From Candidatus Nomurabacteria bacterium RIFCSPLOWO2_01_FULL_41_18 (GTDB lineage Bacteria; Patescibacteriota; Minisyncoccia; Phycocordibacterales; UBA9973): a stretch of DNA of 64,000 bases. The DNA is taken from positions 15,309-79,308 of the forward strand of contig MFUZ01000009.1 in NCBI GenBank assembly GCA_001785865.1. Direction: 5' to 3'. The translations under genes and the position numbers were made by a program. Below, piece after piece: positions 35,006 to 45,054 of the stretch (its first letter is position 1; each line of letters begins with the position of its first letter). The notes beneath the pieces were generated by a model. The model was not told where the DNA came from. It did no database searches and saw nothing but the letters and a program-made list of their open reading frames with translations.

Positions 35006-37222
35006 ATGATAGCTAAAAATAAAATAACAAAACTCATTTCCGCTTTCTTAATTATTTCAATATTGTTGCCTAATGTTTTATTTTCTAAACCACAACCAGT
35101 AGAAGCTCAAGGACAAGTACCAGTTTTGGACGCTGCCGCTGCAAAGATTCTCGGTACAATTGCAGGCAACGCTAGCTCCCTCAATCTTACGAGCTTAAAA
35201 GATTGGGCAGTATATATCGGTAAAGAGTTACTCAAAGTAGCTGCAAAAAGACTGTTGGCAAAAATGACCCAAGCCACGATCAACTGGATAAACTCGGACT
35301 TCCACGGCGCTCCGCTCTTCTTGGAAAATCCAGAATCTTTCTTTAGAGACATAGCAAAATCAGAAATCAGAAACTTGGTGGACATGATCGGTTATGATAC
35401 TTTCAGGTTCCCATTCGGCAAACAGACGGCGCTCAACGTGATAAGCAGCTATAAGAGCCAGCTCGAAACCAACGCTCAATATTCTTTGAGCAAGGTGATA
35501 AATGATCCGGACCTCTTAGTGCGTTACAGAAATGATTTCAATTATGGAGGATGGAATGGATTTCTCATAAATACCCAGTATCCGCAAAATAATTACCTCG
35601 GATTCCAAATGATAATACAGCAAAACTTGGCTAGCAGGCTACAGGGGACACTGCAAGCTCCAGCGGAAAAAGTCCAAAGCTTGCTCCAGCAGGGAATGGG
35701 CTTTTTGTCTCCGCAATCTTGCCCTTCAAATCCTGCATACAACAATGGTACAAATGAATTTCAACGACCGAGCTATAAATCAATACCTTACACAAACTAT
35801 GAAGTAGAACCCACTTATAATCCGAATGTAGGTAGCGAAGAATACATCGCAGAACACGGCGATGGGCGTCCCACTCCGACCAATCAAGCAGAAATAGATA
35901 TGGCTCGCGAGCGATGGAATGCAGACAACGCGTTGTATAAAGCAGACTGGGAAAGGACAAATACTTGCCCCGGTGGTTTGCAGGCCACTACCCCCGGCTC
36001 GGTGGCAGCAAATCAAATATTTAACGCGCTTGATACTCCTAGAGAATCAACAACACTCGCTGGAGCATTGGGTAATAGTGTGGTAGATAGTGTAGGCGCT
36101 ATTTTTGACGCTCTGATAAACCACTTTTTAGACAAAGGCTTGACTGCACTCGCGAGCACAGTAAGTTCATCATCAGGAGGAGACAATTGGAGTTATAACG
36201 GTCAGACTCTTGATGGCTCGACGCCATCCGGCACGCCTACGGCTTTGAACATACCGCAAAATGTTTCAGTTACAGTAGGACAGACGGCTAGTACCACTAT
36301 ATCTGGTGGAACTGCGCCTTACAGTATTCAGACACAACCCAATATAAGTGTAGCCACTGCCCGAATTGACTTTACCGGCTCTGGGAATCCTACCCTTACA
36401 GTCACTGGTATTACGCCGGGTCAAACTTTTGTGACAGTTCAAGATTCTTCAACACCTTCTAAAACTGTTGCGGTTCAGATTGCAATAAATGCAATTGGAG
36501 CTTTAGTGATAAACCCACACAATATTTTGACAAATACGAACGACACAGTTGTAGCGACAATATCCGGTGGCCAAGAACCCTATTTCATACAAACACCCCC
36601 AAATCAAGCAGTAGCGATAGTTTCCTTGTCGAGCACAGGATTGATTGTATCTGGCATTGGAGCAGGTCAGACTTCTGTGGTGGTGAGAGATTCATCAACA
36701 CCAGTAAAAACTACGATCGCTCAAATCACGACAAATGGCACAGTTAATTTAGTTGTTCCAGATGTTTCAGTTGCAGTGGGACAAACGACCAACACAACTA
36801 TATCTGGTGGTGTGGCCCCTTATAGTGTTGAAACTCAAAATTTTACATCGGCAAATGTCAGAATTGAAGGTTCGACTCTTATAGTTACTGGTATCACGCC
36901 AGGACAAATAGTCCTGGTGGTAGAAGATTCATCTACAAAACTTACTACAACCAATGTTACAATAAGTGACAACAGATTTTTGACGGTTAATCCTGAAGAC
37001 GTTTCACTGACTATGGGTCACACAACGAACGCAACTATATCTGGTGGTGTGGCCCCTTATAGTATCAAGACAGCGCCGAGAGCAGACAGAGCAACTGCGC
37101 AAATTACTAATAGTAGCCTAAAAATAACAGCTGGCACAAATGATGGTAGAACTTATCTTATAATACAAGATTCATCCACGCCAAATCCTCAGACTTTCAG
37201 AGTTAATATTACATTGCGGTAA
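35006..37222 (+). CDS. Secreted T4SS-cluster protein with four Ig-like repeats
   Basis: Signal peptide; WINSDFHGAP motif; ISGGxxPY four times. Confidence 0.82.
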   Translation: MIAKNKITKLISAFLIISILLPNVLFSKPQPVEAQGQVPVLDAAAAKILGTIAGNASSLNLTSLKDWAVYIGKELLKVAAKRLLAKMTQATINWINSDFHGAPLFLENPESFFRDIAKSEIRNLVDMIGYDTFRFPFGKQTALNVISSYKSQLETNAQYSLSKVINDPDLLVRYRNDFNYGGWNGFLINTQYPQNNYLGFQMIIQQNLASRLQGTLQAPAEKVQSLLQQGMGFLSPQSCPSNPAYNNGTNEFQRPSYKSIPYTNYEVEPTYNPNVGSEEYIAEHGDGRPTPTNQAEIDMARERWNADNALYKADWERTNTCPGGLQATTPGSVAANQIFNALDTPRESTTLAGALGNSVVDSVGAIFDALINHFLDKGLTALASTVSSSSGGDNWSYNGQTLDGSTPSGTPTALNIPQNVSVTVGQTASTTISGGTAPYSIQTQPNISVATARIDFTGSGNPTLTVTGITPGQTFVTVQDSSTPSKTVAVQIAINAIGALVINPHNILTNTNDTVVATISGGQEPYFIQTPPNQAVAIVSLSSTGLIVSGIGAGQTSVVVRDSSTPVKTTIAQITTNGTVNLVVPDVSVAVGQTTNTTISGGVAPYSVETQNFTSANVRIEGSTLIVTGITPGQIVLVVEDSSTKLTTTNVTISDNRFLTVNPEDVSLTMGHTTNATISGGVAPYSIKTAPRADRATAQITNSSLKITAGTNDGRTYLIIQDSSTPNPQTFRVNITLR

Positions 37223-37276
37223 ATGAGATAGTAAAAAAAGTGAGAATTGTAAAGTTTTTAAAGTTAAAAATTAAAA

Positions 37277-39844
37277 ATGTCTGATAAAATTAAAAAAATA
37301 ATCCCCTATTTTCTGGTACTGATAATACTAGTCGGAGTTTTTAGTTCGGTGGAAGAGGTGAAAGCTTCCACTGCTAATCCAACAGAACCCTGTGTGATTC
37401 AATATGGAACTCCCATAAACAGACCTTGTGTTCTGCCTGAGACAACTCAACCACCAGCAGGAACACCGCAGGGACAGCCACAACCGGAAGGACCTCTGCC
37501 GGTTTGCGTTTACAACATGGGGACCGCCACAAACAGACCTTGTACTGATCCTGCCACGACAGCAGCAGCTACAACGCCAGACCCAAATAAAACACCATTT
37601 GAAAACGCTCTGGACGATCACTGTTTATCCATCGCTGACGGAAGTGTCGGCGGCTGTCTGGCGCAATTATTTTATTTTTTATTCCAGACAATACCGGCAT
37701 TTTTACTTTCTTTAGCTGGAAAACTTTTCGATGTTGTCATCGCTCTTTCTTTAGACAGTACTACATACAAGACGGGCTTTATTGAACAAGCATGGATAAT
37801 CGTACGAGATTTCTCAAACATTTTCTTCATCCTTATTTTGCTTTATGTAGCTATTCAAACAATCTTAGGAATAGGTCACGAAACTAAAAAAATAATTGTT
37901 CAGGTAATCATAATGGCTCTTCTCATAAATTTCAGTATGTTCTTTACAAAAGTGGTAATTGATTCATCAAACATCTTAGCGCTAGTTTTTTACAATAAAA
38001 TAAGCGCACCTCAAGGAGATACGCCCGCAAATATAGAAACCTTGGACGCAAAAAAGAAAAGCGTTCGAGAAAAGGGAGTAAGCCAGAGACTGGTTCAAGG
38101 CTTTGACATTACAAGATTAATTGGAGCAGAATTTTTTGAACAAGCAAAAAGCCGCTCAGGTTTTACTCTAGTATCCGTGGGAACTGGAGCCTCTGCGGCA
38201 GGTGGAGCAGTGGCCGGGGCAGCTTTGACTGCTTGGCTCGGGCCAGGAGCGGCGATCGGAGCAGTGGCCGGGGCAGGCATTGGAGCATTTTTAGCATGGG
38301 TTAATTCTGATAAAGTACCACCATCTTTACTCATGAGCATACTGATACCAGGAGGTATTATTATGTACTATGCTATATATACTTTTTTTACAGCAGGGGT
38401 TGCTTTTTTGTCTAGAATAATTGAACTCTGGATTTTAATTATCTTTTCTCCCTTTGCTTTTATGTCTTCAGCATTACCAATCTTGAAAAAAGTTTCAAGT
38501 ATTGGCTGGGATGAATGGGTCAAAAAACTCGTGGCGATAGCTTTCATGGCTCCTATTTTTATATTTTTCCTGTTCTTGATTTTTAAAATAATAGAATCCG
38601 ACATAACCAAAGATCTGCTTTCACCCACAAGAGCATTGGGAGAACAATGGCTCCTCGAAACAATTGTGCTTATTTCAATCGCTGCATTTATAATTCTGGC
38701 TCTTCTTAATAAAGCAACCAAATACGCCAAGAAGGCAGCTGGAGAAATAGGAGAAGTGATAACAAAGGGCATCATGCTAACAGCAGGGATGGCAGTGGGT
38801 GGAACTGCTCTAGGTGGAGCTTTTGTTGGAAGAGCTGCAATTGGCGGATTTATGAAAGCAGCTTCGACTGGTGACACGGCAGCAAGCAGAATGCAAGGAA
38901 GTGCTGGTAGAATAGCGAACCTCAAGACAAGTTTGGCCGCCCCTAATACAACTATTGTAGAAAAAGCAAGAATTAGAAAAGAAATATGGAGAGAATATAA
39001 AGATCAAATATCAGGAAGCATACAACAAAGAATTCCAGGGCTACAGACTGCACAAACTTGGATGGGTACAAGGTTAAACCAAGATCAACACAATATTGAA
39101 CATGCGGCTCATGCAAGACATGATCTAGACCAAGCGGCAAATGCTGTGGCCCCTGGTAAAAAATGGGAGGAGCTAAATGGAGAAAAGAGATATGAGGCAA
39201 GAAGGCAAATAGCTAGAGAAAAGGTCATAAGAGACAATGCAGCTTCGGGTACTTCTATAAAAGATTCTGCAGGAAATGTGGTGACACGCTCTGTAACTAA
39301 TCCAGATACAGGAGCAGTCACAAATGTTCCAATTGGAGCTTTTGGTACTAGAGGATGGGATAAATTAGGAACCGAAGAAAGAGCGGCCATTGATCGATCA
39401 GCAGAAGTGGGAAATGATCCTATTACCAACCATGTAATTGCTGGAAGCGCCCTAGACACAAATAAGCCAGGAGGAGGTACGACGGAAGCTGATACACTAA
39501 TTGTAGCTGCCCGGTACAAGCAAGGTATTGTCAGCAATGTTGTTCAATCTGGAGTTACCGGAAGCTACGACGTTAGAAATCTTGCCAACGTCATAGCCAA
39601 AGAACAAAGTACTGGATTCGCCAAAATGGCAATGGGTATAACGGGGGCTCTCTCAATAGGCATGCGGGGCGGATTTAAACAAATGGGAGTAAGCTACGGT
39701 GAAAGTCAGAGAAGCTTCTTCAAGGATCTTGGAAATACCATTTCTGAATCTCTAAAGAGTGCTAAAATAAATGTTGACCTTTCACATGTGGGTGAGGTTC
39801 AAAAAGAAGACAAGAAAGGAGGAGGCGGTGGAGGACATCATTAA
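37277..39844 (+). CDS. Large VirB6/TrbL-like polytopic membrane protein
   Basis: W.IVRDFSNIFFI, LINFS, RIIELWILIIFSP.AF motifs; T4SS gene context. Confidence 0.78.
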   Translation: MSDKIKKIIPYFLVLIILVGVFSSVEEVKASTANPTEPCVIQYGTPINRPCVLPETTQPPAGTPQGQPQPEGPLPVCVYNMGTATNRPCTDPATTAAATTPDPNKTPFENALDDHCLSIADGSVGGCLAQLFYFLFQTIPAFLLSLAGKLFDVVIALSLDSTTYKTGFIEQAWIIVRDFSNIFFILILLYVAIQTILGIGHETKKIIVQVIIMALLINFSMFFTKVVIDSSNILALVFYNKISAPQGDTPANIETLDAKKKSVREKGVSQRLVQGFDITRLIGAEFFEQAKSRSGFTLVSVGTGASAAGGAVAGAALTAWLGPGAAIGAVAGAGIGAFLAWVNSDKVPPSLLMSILIPGGIIMYYAIYTFFTAGVAFLSRIIELWILIIFSPFAFMSSALPILKKVSSIGWDEWVKKLVAIAFMAPIFIFFLFLIFKIIESDITKDLLSPTRALGEQWLLETIVLISIAAFIILALLNKATKYAKKAAGEIGEVITKGIMLTAGMAVGGTALGGAFVGRAAIGGFMKAASTGDTAASRMQGSAGRIANLKTSLAAPNTTIVEKARIRKEIWREYKDQISGSIQQRIPGLQTAQTWMGTRLNQDQHNIEHAAHARHDLDQAANAVAPGKKWEELNGEKRYEARRQIAREKVIRDNAASGTSIKDSAGNVVTRSVTNPDTGAVTNVPIGAFGTRGWDKLGTEERAAIDRSAEVGNDPITNHVIAGSALDTNKPGGGTTEADTLIVAARYKQGIVSNVVQSGVTGSYDVRNLANVIAKEQSTGFAKMAMGITGALSIGMRGGFKQMGVSYGESQRSFFKDLGNTISESLKSAKINVDLSHVGEVQKEDKKGGGGGGHH

Positions 39845-39850
39845 AATTTC

Positions 39851-40948
39851 ATGGACCAAAAAGAATTACAAAAACAAATAGCTCTCTTTTATTCCAGGCT
39901 CCCGCCAAACGCGCAGGCACTGTTCTCCAGCATGGAGTGGCTGGAAACTCTTAAAAAAATCAGCCAGAAATATAAGCTGACCGACGAGCAGATAGAAACT
40001 CTCGGCACCGAGACCACTCTTGCGCTCCTCGGCATCATTCATTTGGTGGAGTACGAAGAAGCTCTCACGAATGAGCTTCGCTTGCCAAGAAATTTAATGG
40101 ATAAAATGATGTTAGAAATAGAAGAAACCATCATCAAGACCATCCGCCCGCAATTAGTCGAAGCTTTCGAAGCCAATAAAAATTCCGAAACAGGGGAGAG
40201 CCCTGACATTGAATCAAAGTTGGATGAACGATTTGAAAGACTGCCGAAAGAAACTCAAAATATCGTCCTAGAGTCGAAATATCGAACCATTCTTTACAAC
40301 ATCGCAAGATCGTACAACCTGAATGTGGAGCAAACAGGCATCCTCGAGTCAGCTGCAACCAGTTTGGTTACTGGAGCAATTCGTCCAGAGGAATTCGAAA
40401 ATTCTCTAAATAAAAATCTAAGATTGCCGTCTGAAACGATAAAAAAAATAGTAAGTGAAATCAGCGAGAAGATCTTTAAAAAAATAAGGGAAGAGTTGGT
40501 CAAGAACACAGGGAAAAAACCTCCTAGTCTTGATTACCCCGCAGAAGACATCGTACCAGTAGCCCCACCTACAACTTCAACTGCTTCGGAAAAAGCTACA
40601 AAAGAAGATTCTTCCATCCTGACTTCGGCTGGGATAGAAATCGTGCCGGAAAAATTAGAATTAGAGCCCGCAGAAAAGCCGTTAGAAAAAAGAGAGGAAA
40701 TGCTCCAAAAAATAGAGAAGCCCGAACCTCCTCTACCTCCTTTGGCAAAGATGCCCACAATAGAACATACGGAAAATGCTCCTACAACTCCCGTGATTCA
40801 TCCGATCTTGGCGCAAAAGTTGTCTGGCCCATTAAAGATCCCGATGACGAAAACAGAGCATTCTTTAGACAACATCACCAAAACCAACACTCCACCGCCC
40901 CAAGATACAGCCAAAAAAATAGATCCATACCGAGAAATACCGGAGTAG
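39851..40948 (+). CDS. Hypothetical protein, two helical repeats plus DPYREIPE tail
   Basis: 365 aa; duplicated RLP..Q...I...Y.L..EQ module. Confidence 0.82.
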   Translation: MDQKELQKQIALFYSRLPPNAQALFSSMEWLETLKKISQKYKLTDEQIETLGTETTLALLGIIHLVEYEEALTNELRLPRNLMDKMMLEIEETIIKTIRPQLVEAFEANKNSETGESPDIESKLDERFERLPKETQNIVLESKYRTILYNIARSYNLNVEQTGILESAATSLVTGAIRPEEFENSLNKNLRLPSETIKKIVSEISEKIFKKIREELVKNTGKKPPSLDYPAEDIVPVAPPTTSTASEKATKEDSSILTSAGIEIVPEKLELEPAEKPLEKREEMLQKIEKPEPPLPPLAKMPTIEHTENAPTTPVIHPILAQKLSGPLKIPMTKTEHSLDNITKTNTPPPQDTAKKIDPYREIPE

Positions 40949-40953
40949 CTGTC

Positions 40954-41086
40954 ATGCAATCCCGTTAGAGATCAGATAGTTTATTGTTTTAGTTAATGTT
41001 AAAATTATTATTGTGGTTAATGTAATTAATAGTCTTTAATCTAGGTACGGAAATCTTAAGATTTCCTATCTCTAACGGGATGCAGT
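40954..41086. mobile_element. MITE-like insertion at the start of the PrgI gene
   Basis: Perfect 14-bp inverted repeats ATCCCGTTAGAGAT (40959) / ATCTCTAACGGGAT (41068); flanks ATGCAAT / ATGCAGT. Confidence 0.75.
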
Positions 41087-41511
41087 TTAAAGTACCACAA
41101 TTCTTAGACATAGAGGACAAGATATTTGGCCCATTTACTTTTAAAGAGTTTGTGTATTTGGCAGGCGGGGCGGGCTTGTGTTTTGTGCTTTATAAATTAT
41201 TGGGGTTAATCCTCGGAGCTATACCTATCTTGGCAGTAGCCACCCTCGCCGTAGCCCTCGCCCGCTATAAGCCAAACAACAAGCCTTTTATCAATATGAT
41301 CGAATCGGCTTTCAATTATTTTCTTACAAGCAAGCTCTACATCTGGAAAAGGCGTAAGAATACGGCCAAGAATGACAAATTAGAAAAGGAAAATGACACC
41401 AAAAAGAGAGAAGATATGAGAGATTCTGTCCGGCTGGGGAGAAATAAATTGCGAGACCTGGCTTGGAGCCTTGATGTATTAGACCTAAGCAAACACGGAG
41501 AAAATAAATAA
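41080..41511 (+). CDS. PrgI-family (VirB3-like) protein
   Basis: VPQFLDIEDKIFGPFTFKEF plus two TM segments. Confidence 0.9.
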   Translation: MQFKVPQFLDIEDKIFGPFTFKEFVYLAGGAGLCFVLYKLLGLILGAIPILAVATLAVALARYKPNNKPFINMIESAFNYFLTSKLYIWKRRKNTAKNDKLEKENDTKKREDMRDSVRLGRNKLRDLAWSLDVLDLSKHGENK

Positions 41512-41512
41512 T

Positions 41513-42151
41513 ATGGCATTAAAAGCAAAAGCAACTCAAGAGTTTGTACCGATCAAGGAAATCCGTGACGGAGTGATCGTGCTAAAAGACGGAGGCTTGC
41601 GGGCAATAGTGCTCGCCAACTCAGTCAACCTGTCTCTCAAATCCGACGACGAACAAAAGGCGACGATAATGCAATTCCAAAGTTTTCTAAACACTTTGGA
41701 CTTTGCCATCCAGATATCCGTACAATCGAGAAGGCTCGACATTCGCCCCTACCTTTTGCTTTTGGAAAATAGAGTAAAAGTACAGAACGAACCTCTACTA
41801 AAACTGCAAACCAAAGAATACATAGAGTTCATTAGGAACTTCACAGATAGTGTGAGTATAATGACAAAAAGCTTTTTCGTGGTGGTTCCTTACACCCATA
41901 CCACCCTGAAGTCTGACTCAAACATTTTGAAAAGATTTTTTTCAAAAAGAAACAAAGAGGAAGCCAACATCGCCAAACAGGAAGATTTCGAGGAAAAGAG
42001 GTCTCAACTGGAAGAAAGAGTCGGCGTCATCCAGCAAGGACTCAGCCGCTGCGGCATAAAATCAGTCCAATTGGACACGGAGGCTGCGGTAGAAGTGTTT
42101 TATAAAGTTTTCAACCCCGGAGAAGTGGAAGGAAAAATTAGACTGGAATAA
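41513..42151 (+). CDS. TraC/VirB4 N-terminal-like protein
   Basis: TQEFVPIKEIRDG, FLNTLDF.IQI, FFVVVPY. Confidence 0.8.
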   Translation: MALKAKATQEFVPIKEIRDGVIVLKDGGLRAIVLANSVNLSLKSDDEQKATIMQFQSFLNTLDFAIQISVQSRRLDIRPYLLLLENRVKVQNEPLLKLQTKEYIEFIRNFTDSVSIMTKSFFVVVPYTHTTLKSDSNILKRFFSKRNKEEANIAKQEDFEEKRSQLEERVGVIQQGLSRCGIKSVQLDTEAAVEVFYKVFNPGEVEGKIRLE

Positions 42152-42155
42152 AATT

Positions 42156-44030
42156 ATGTCAATTTTTGAAAAATTATTTAAAAAGAAAAATGTTACTCCA
42201 ACCATAGGCAACACCTATTCGAATGAAATGCAGACTTCGGTCCTGCCGGTATTGCCAGAGCAGATCTACGAATCGGCCAGTCTGGAGCTTCAGGATATCA
42301 TTGCTCCTTCGGCGCTCAAAATAGAGCCGAAGTCGATCAACTTGGGTGATAAAACCGCCCGCACCTTTTTCATAATATCCTATCCGAGATTTTTGACAGA
42401 TAACTGGTTTTCTCCGGTAATAAATTTGGACAAAATCTTCGATATTTCTATCTTTATCCACCCGATAGACACATCGCTCATGCTTCGCCAGTTCCAGAAA
42501 AAAGTCGCCGAAGTACAGAGCCAGATAAGCGTGCGCGAAAAAAAGGGAATGGTGCGAGACCCGATGCTCGATACCGCCTATCAGGACCTGGAAGGCCTCC
42601 GCGACAACCTGATCCAGGCACAAGAAAAAATGTTTGATGTGAGTATATACATCACCATTTATGCCGACAATGACATGGAGTTGTTTAAGATTGAAAACGA
42701 AATAAAATCCATTCTCGAATCAAAATTGATATACATCAAGCCAGCACTCTTCCAGCAAGAAGCCGGGTTCAAGAGCGTCATTCCCACCAATACCGACTTA
42801 CTCAATATCCACCAAAAGCTTAACTCCGGGCCGCTTTCAAGTGTTTTTCCTTTTATATCTTTCGACCTGACTGACAATAAAGGCATCCTCTACGGCATCA
42901 ACCGGCACAACTCGTCCCTCGTTATCTTCGACAGATTCAGCTTAGAAAACTATAATTCGGTGACTTTTGCCAAATCAGGTTCGGGAAAATCTTATGCCAC
43001 CAAACTGGAGATCCTGCGATCTTTGATGTTTGACGTGGACGTCATCGTCATCGACCCGGAGAGGGAATATGAATTCCTGGCGGAAGCAGTCGGCGGACGA
43101 TATTTCAACATTGCTCTTTCTTCCGACCATCACATGAACCCTTTTGACCTGCCGATACCCCGCGAAGACGAGACAGCTGAAGACGTCTTACGGTCAAATA
43201 TTATAAATTTGGTCGGGCTTTTCCGCCTGATGTTAGGCGGGCTCACCCCCGAAGAAGATTCGATGGTGGATCGGGCGATTTCGGAAACTTATGCCATGAA
43301 AGACATCACTCCGGAATCAGATTTCTCTAATATCGAGCCCCCACTTCTTTCAGATTTTGAAATGGTACTCTCCGGCATGGACGGCAGCGACTCCATCGTC
43401 GCTCGCTTGGCAAAATACACCAAAGGCTCCTGGGCCACTTTCTTGAATCGCCCTTCGAATGTAGACATAGATAAAAAATTCGTTGTCTTTTCGGTTCGCG
43501 ACATGGAAGACGAGCTCAAACCAGTAGCCATGTATATCATCATGCACTTCATCTGGAACGCAATCCGCAAAAACCTCAAGAAGAGACTCTTGGTTATAGA
43601 CGAAGCCTGGTGGATGATGAAGTCCGAGGATACTGCCTCGTTCCTCTATTCCATTGCTAAAAGAGGCCGAAAATATTATCTGGGCCTTTCCACCATCACT
43701 CAAGATGCCGCCGACTTTATGAAGTCCCCATATGGTGTACCGATCATCACCAACTCTTCCATCCAGCTCTTGCTCAAACAATCTCCAACCACCATAGATA
43801 TATTGCAGAAAACTTTCAATCTTACCGACGAAGAAAAATACCTACTTTTGGAGTCGAGCGTGGGCGAGGGGATATTCTTTGCCGGATTAAAACATGTTGC
43901 CATAAAGATCATCTCGTCCTATACCGAAGACCAGATCATAACTTCCGATCCCTCGCAAATATTATCCAATAGAAAAGCTAAAGAAGAACAAGATGCGGCA
44001 GAACTCTCTTCAAAGACCAAGCAGGTTTAA
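42156..44030 (+). CDS. virB4: VirB4-family T4SS ATPase
   Basis: AKSGSGKS Walker A, IDPEREY, IDEAW Walker B, RGRKY..ITQ. Confidence 0.92.
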   Translation: MSIFEKLFKKKNVTPTIGNTYSNEMQTSVLPVLPEQIYESASLELQDIIAPSALKIEPKSINLGDKTARTFFIISYPRFLTDNWFSPVINLDKIFDISIFIHPIDTSLMLRQFQKKVAEVQSQISVREKKGMVRDPMLDTAYQDLEGLRDNLIQAQEKMFDVSIYITIYADNDMELFKIENEIKSILESKLIYIKPALFQQEAGFKSVIPTNTDLLNIHQKLNSGPLSSVFPFISFDLTDNKGILYGINRHNSSLVIFDRFSLENYNSVTFAKSGSGKSYATKLEILRSLMFDVDVIVIDPEREYEFLAEAVGGRYFNIALSSDHHMNPFDLPIPREDETAEDVLRSNIINLVGLFRLMLGGLTPEEDSMVDRAISETYAMKDITPESDFSNIEPPLLSDFEMVLSGMDGSDSIVARLAKYTKGSWATFLNRPSNVDIDKKFVVFSVRDMEDELKPVAMYIIMHFIWNAIRKNLKKRLLVIDEAWWMMKSEDTASFLYSIAKRGRKYYLGLSTITQDAADFMKSPYGVPIITNSSIQLLLKQSPTTIDILQKTFNLTDEEKYLLLESSVGEGIFFAGLKHVAIKIISSYTEDQIITSDPSQILSNRKAKEEQDAAELSSKTKQV

Positions 44031-44069
44031 AACCATCCATTTTAAGGCAGACAATGTTATAATTAACTT

Positions 44070-45053
44070 ATGAAGTTCAGACTTTTATCTTTATACTTGA
44101 TTGCCACGCTTCTCTTGTTTGGAAGTTTGGCATTGCGAGCAAATGCGGCTCCATCTACCGATATCTTAGTTGACATCACCCCTCCCAACCCTGCCCCTTA
44201 TGAAAACACGACCATAACTTTAAAAAGTTACGTTTATAATTTGGACAGTGTAATGATATCCTGGTCTCTAAACAGCAAAACCGCCGCCTCGGGGGTCGGG
44301 AAAAAATCATTTTCTGCCACTGCCCCGGCGGCAGGAGGGGAGACATCCATCGTGGCCACCATATCGCTCCCCGACGGCACCATAGAATCAAAAATCACAC
44401 TGAAGCCTTCGGTCATGGTCCTTCTTTGGCAGGCAAACGACTCTTATGTGCCGCCTTTCTATAGGGGCAAAGCCTTGCCGACAGCGGACAGCGAAGTGAA
44501 AGTGGTGGCAATGCCTGAAGTACGGACCGGCTCGGGGCTAGTATCTCCCAAAAACATGACTTATTATTGGAAAAAGGACTACACCAACAACACCGAAGGG
44601 TCTGGTTATGGAAAGAATTTTTTTCTTTTCGTAAATGATTACCTAGAAAATTCAAACAACATCTCGGTAACCGCTTCCACTATCGATCAGCAGTCTTCGA
44701 CTGCAGCAAATATAAACATAGGCATAACAGAGCCAAAAATATTATTTTATAGAAGTGACCAGTCGTTCGGAACAATTTGGCAAAATTCACTGGGTAACCC
44801 GCACAAAATAGAAGGCAACGAAATGGTGGAGGCAGTTCCTTATTTTATCTCACCCAAGCTTATCAATCATCCTTATCTAGTCTGGAGTTGGTTTATAAAC
44901 GATACGAGAGTAAGCCTGGCAGGATATAAAAAAAATATAATGCCACTACAAGTAGAGAAAGGGATGCACGGGACATCTAAATTAAGACTTGAGATCGAAA
45001 ATACCGACAAGATATTCCAAGCAACGACAAAAGAAATAAATATCGAATTTTAA
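44070..45053 (+). CDS. Secreted Ig-like protein
   Basis: Signal peptide; SYVPPFYRGKALP motif. Confidence 0.8.
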   Translation: MKFRLLSLYLIATLLLFGSLALRANAAPSTDILVDITPPNPAPYENTTITLKSYVYNLDSVMISWSLNSKTAASGVGKKSFSATAPAAGGETSIVATISLPDGTIESKITLKPSVMVLLWQANDSYVPPFYRGKALPTADSEVKVVAMPEVRTGSGLVSPKNMTYYWKKDYTNNTEGSGYGKNFFLFVNDYLENSNNISVTASTIDQQSSTAANINIGITEPKILFYRSDQSFGTIWQNSLGNPHKIEGNEMVEAVPYFISPKLINHPYLVWSWFINDTRVSLAGYKKNIMPLQVEKGMHGTSKLRLEIENTDKIFQATTKEINIEF

Positions 45054-45054
45054 A

